A stretch of 64,000 bases of DNA from the NCBI RefSeq assembly GCF_006345805.1, contig NC_043024.1, positions 16,368,001 to 16,432,000 of the forward strand. The letters run 5' to 3'. The notes below the pieces were generated by a model. The model was given only the letters and a program-made list of their open reading frames with translations. It made no database searches and had not been told where the DNA came from. The position numbers and the translations under genes were made by a program. Below, piece after piece: positions 63,039 through 64,000 of this stretch. This DNA comes from Octopus sinensis. Lineage: Eukaryota. Numbering within the stretch: position 1 is the first letter of the stretch; each line of letters begins with the position of its first letter.

Positions 63039-64000
63039 CACATATATATATATATAATGTGTGCATTACGTAGTCGGTCGATTCAGCTGAAAATATGCAC
63101 ACCTATGTTAAAGGTGCTGACAAGTTTGCATGACAACTATTTTTTTCCTCAAATGAAAGGCGTCACCTCTAGGACAAAATTCCTCATCTTATAAAATGTG
63201 GCCCCAGTAGACCCGAATGAAATCGGGTTATATTAACCAAAATGTGAAAAGGGGTCTAAATGGGGCTGGAAGGGGATTAAAATTTCAAGGAGCGGGTGTT
63301 TAGGAATTCTCTGTTACATCAAGATAAAAAATTTGCGCCAGCCTTTTAATCTTCAATGTGTTGCCGTCCATGATAAAGAAGTTTTGAATGCTTGCCATGG
63401 TGAGTCTACTGTCGTGAGAAAGAATCACTTCAAAAATTGGTGTTTACGAATTTTCTTTTACATCAAGTTCAAAATTTTACGCCAGCCGTTAAACTGTCAA
63501 TATGTTGCTGTGCGTCGTTAACAAATGCCAGCCATGGTGACTCTACTATCCTCAGATTCTATCCCTTCAAATTTTGGTTTCCAATATTTTATTATTTTTA
63601 TTTAGCTCGCAAGTTCATCTGTGCCTTTTAAATGTCAGCGTTTTGCTGTCTGCCTTCAAGCAGACCTTTCCATTGCCACTGCCTCATATTTCTGATTGAT
63701 CTTTCTAAATATTTTATTTCTCAACTTACTCAAGATCTTTTGTTGTTTATAAATGGGAGAGAGATAGATAAAGATAGTGAGTAAGAGAAAGCGAGGGAGA
63801 GTCCGAGAGAAAAGAAAAGTAAGAGAGTGGGAAAGTGAGAGAGAAAGGAGAGAGCAACAAAGAGGGAGAATCATCATCATCATCATCATCGTTTAACGTC
63901 CGTTTTCCGTGCTAGCACGGGTTGGGCAGTGTGACCGGGGTCTCGGAAGCCAGGAGACTGCACCAGGCTCCAGTCTGATCTGGCAGTGTTTCTACAGGTG

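Larger units (their letters stand above)
61172..64000 (+). mobile_element. Helitron unit 2, head to tail with unit 1, runs off the window end
   Basis: Starts TCtctatatataaaactgaaatg directly after CTAG; paralogous blocks 61172-61370 vs 59089-59290, 62870-62990 vs 59550-59630, and 63180-64000 vs 60093-60920. Confidence 0.75.

Overview
AT-rich, microsatellite-dense animal genomic DNA. The SINE and LINE repertoire resembles octopus (recalled, not verified by search). I cannot support any host protein-coding gene; nearly all listed ORFs are translations of simple repeats or decayed transposons. The ordinary content is many tRNA-derived SINEs (at least four head/body types), RTE-like LINE tails, CR1-like and R4/Dong-like LINE fragments, decayed mariner, maT-like, Tigger-like and Chapaev3-like DNA transposons, and a Helitron cluster in the last 6 kb that includes a head-to-tail CTAG|TC junction. 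The most striking feature, which the ORF track does not show, is a dense set of type I hammerhead ribozyme (HHR) cores. I count 19 at 14 loci, intact or decayed, in short elements of mutually dissimilar sequence, most of them flanked by (TA)n. Three architectures recur: 529-564 bp units with terminal direct repeats, head-to-head fold-back palindromes, and single short inserts. One fold-back carries the C-terminal half of a Penelope-like GIY-YIG endonuclease. Several elements share a YTGGT-(AT-rich hairpin)-ACCCT stem-loop, usually just before the 3' junction. Five loci have A.A or U.U instead of the canonical pair at HHR position 10.1-11.1. Together these look like non-autonomous Penelope-dependent or retrozyme-like retroelements. 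All structures were folded by eye and no activity is shown. SINE and LINE boundaries are approximate.
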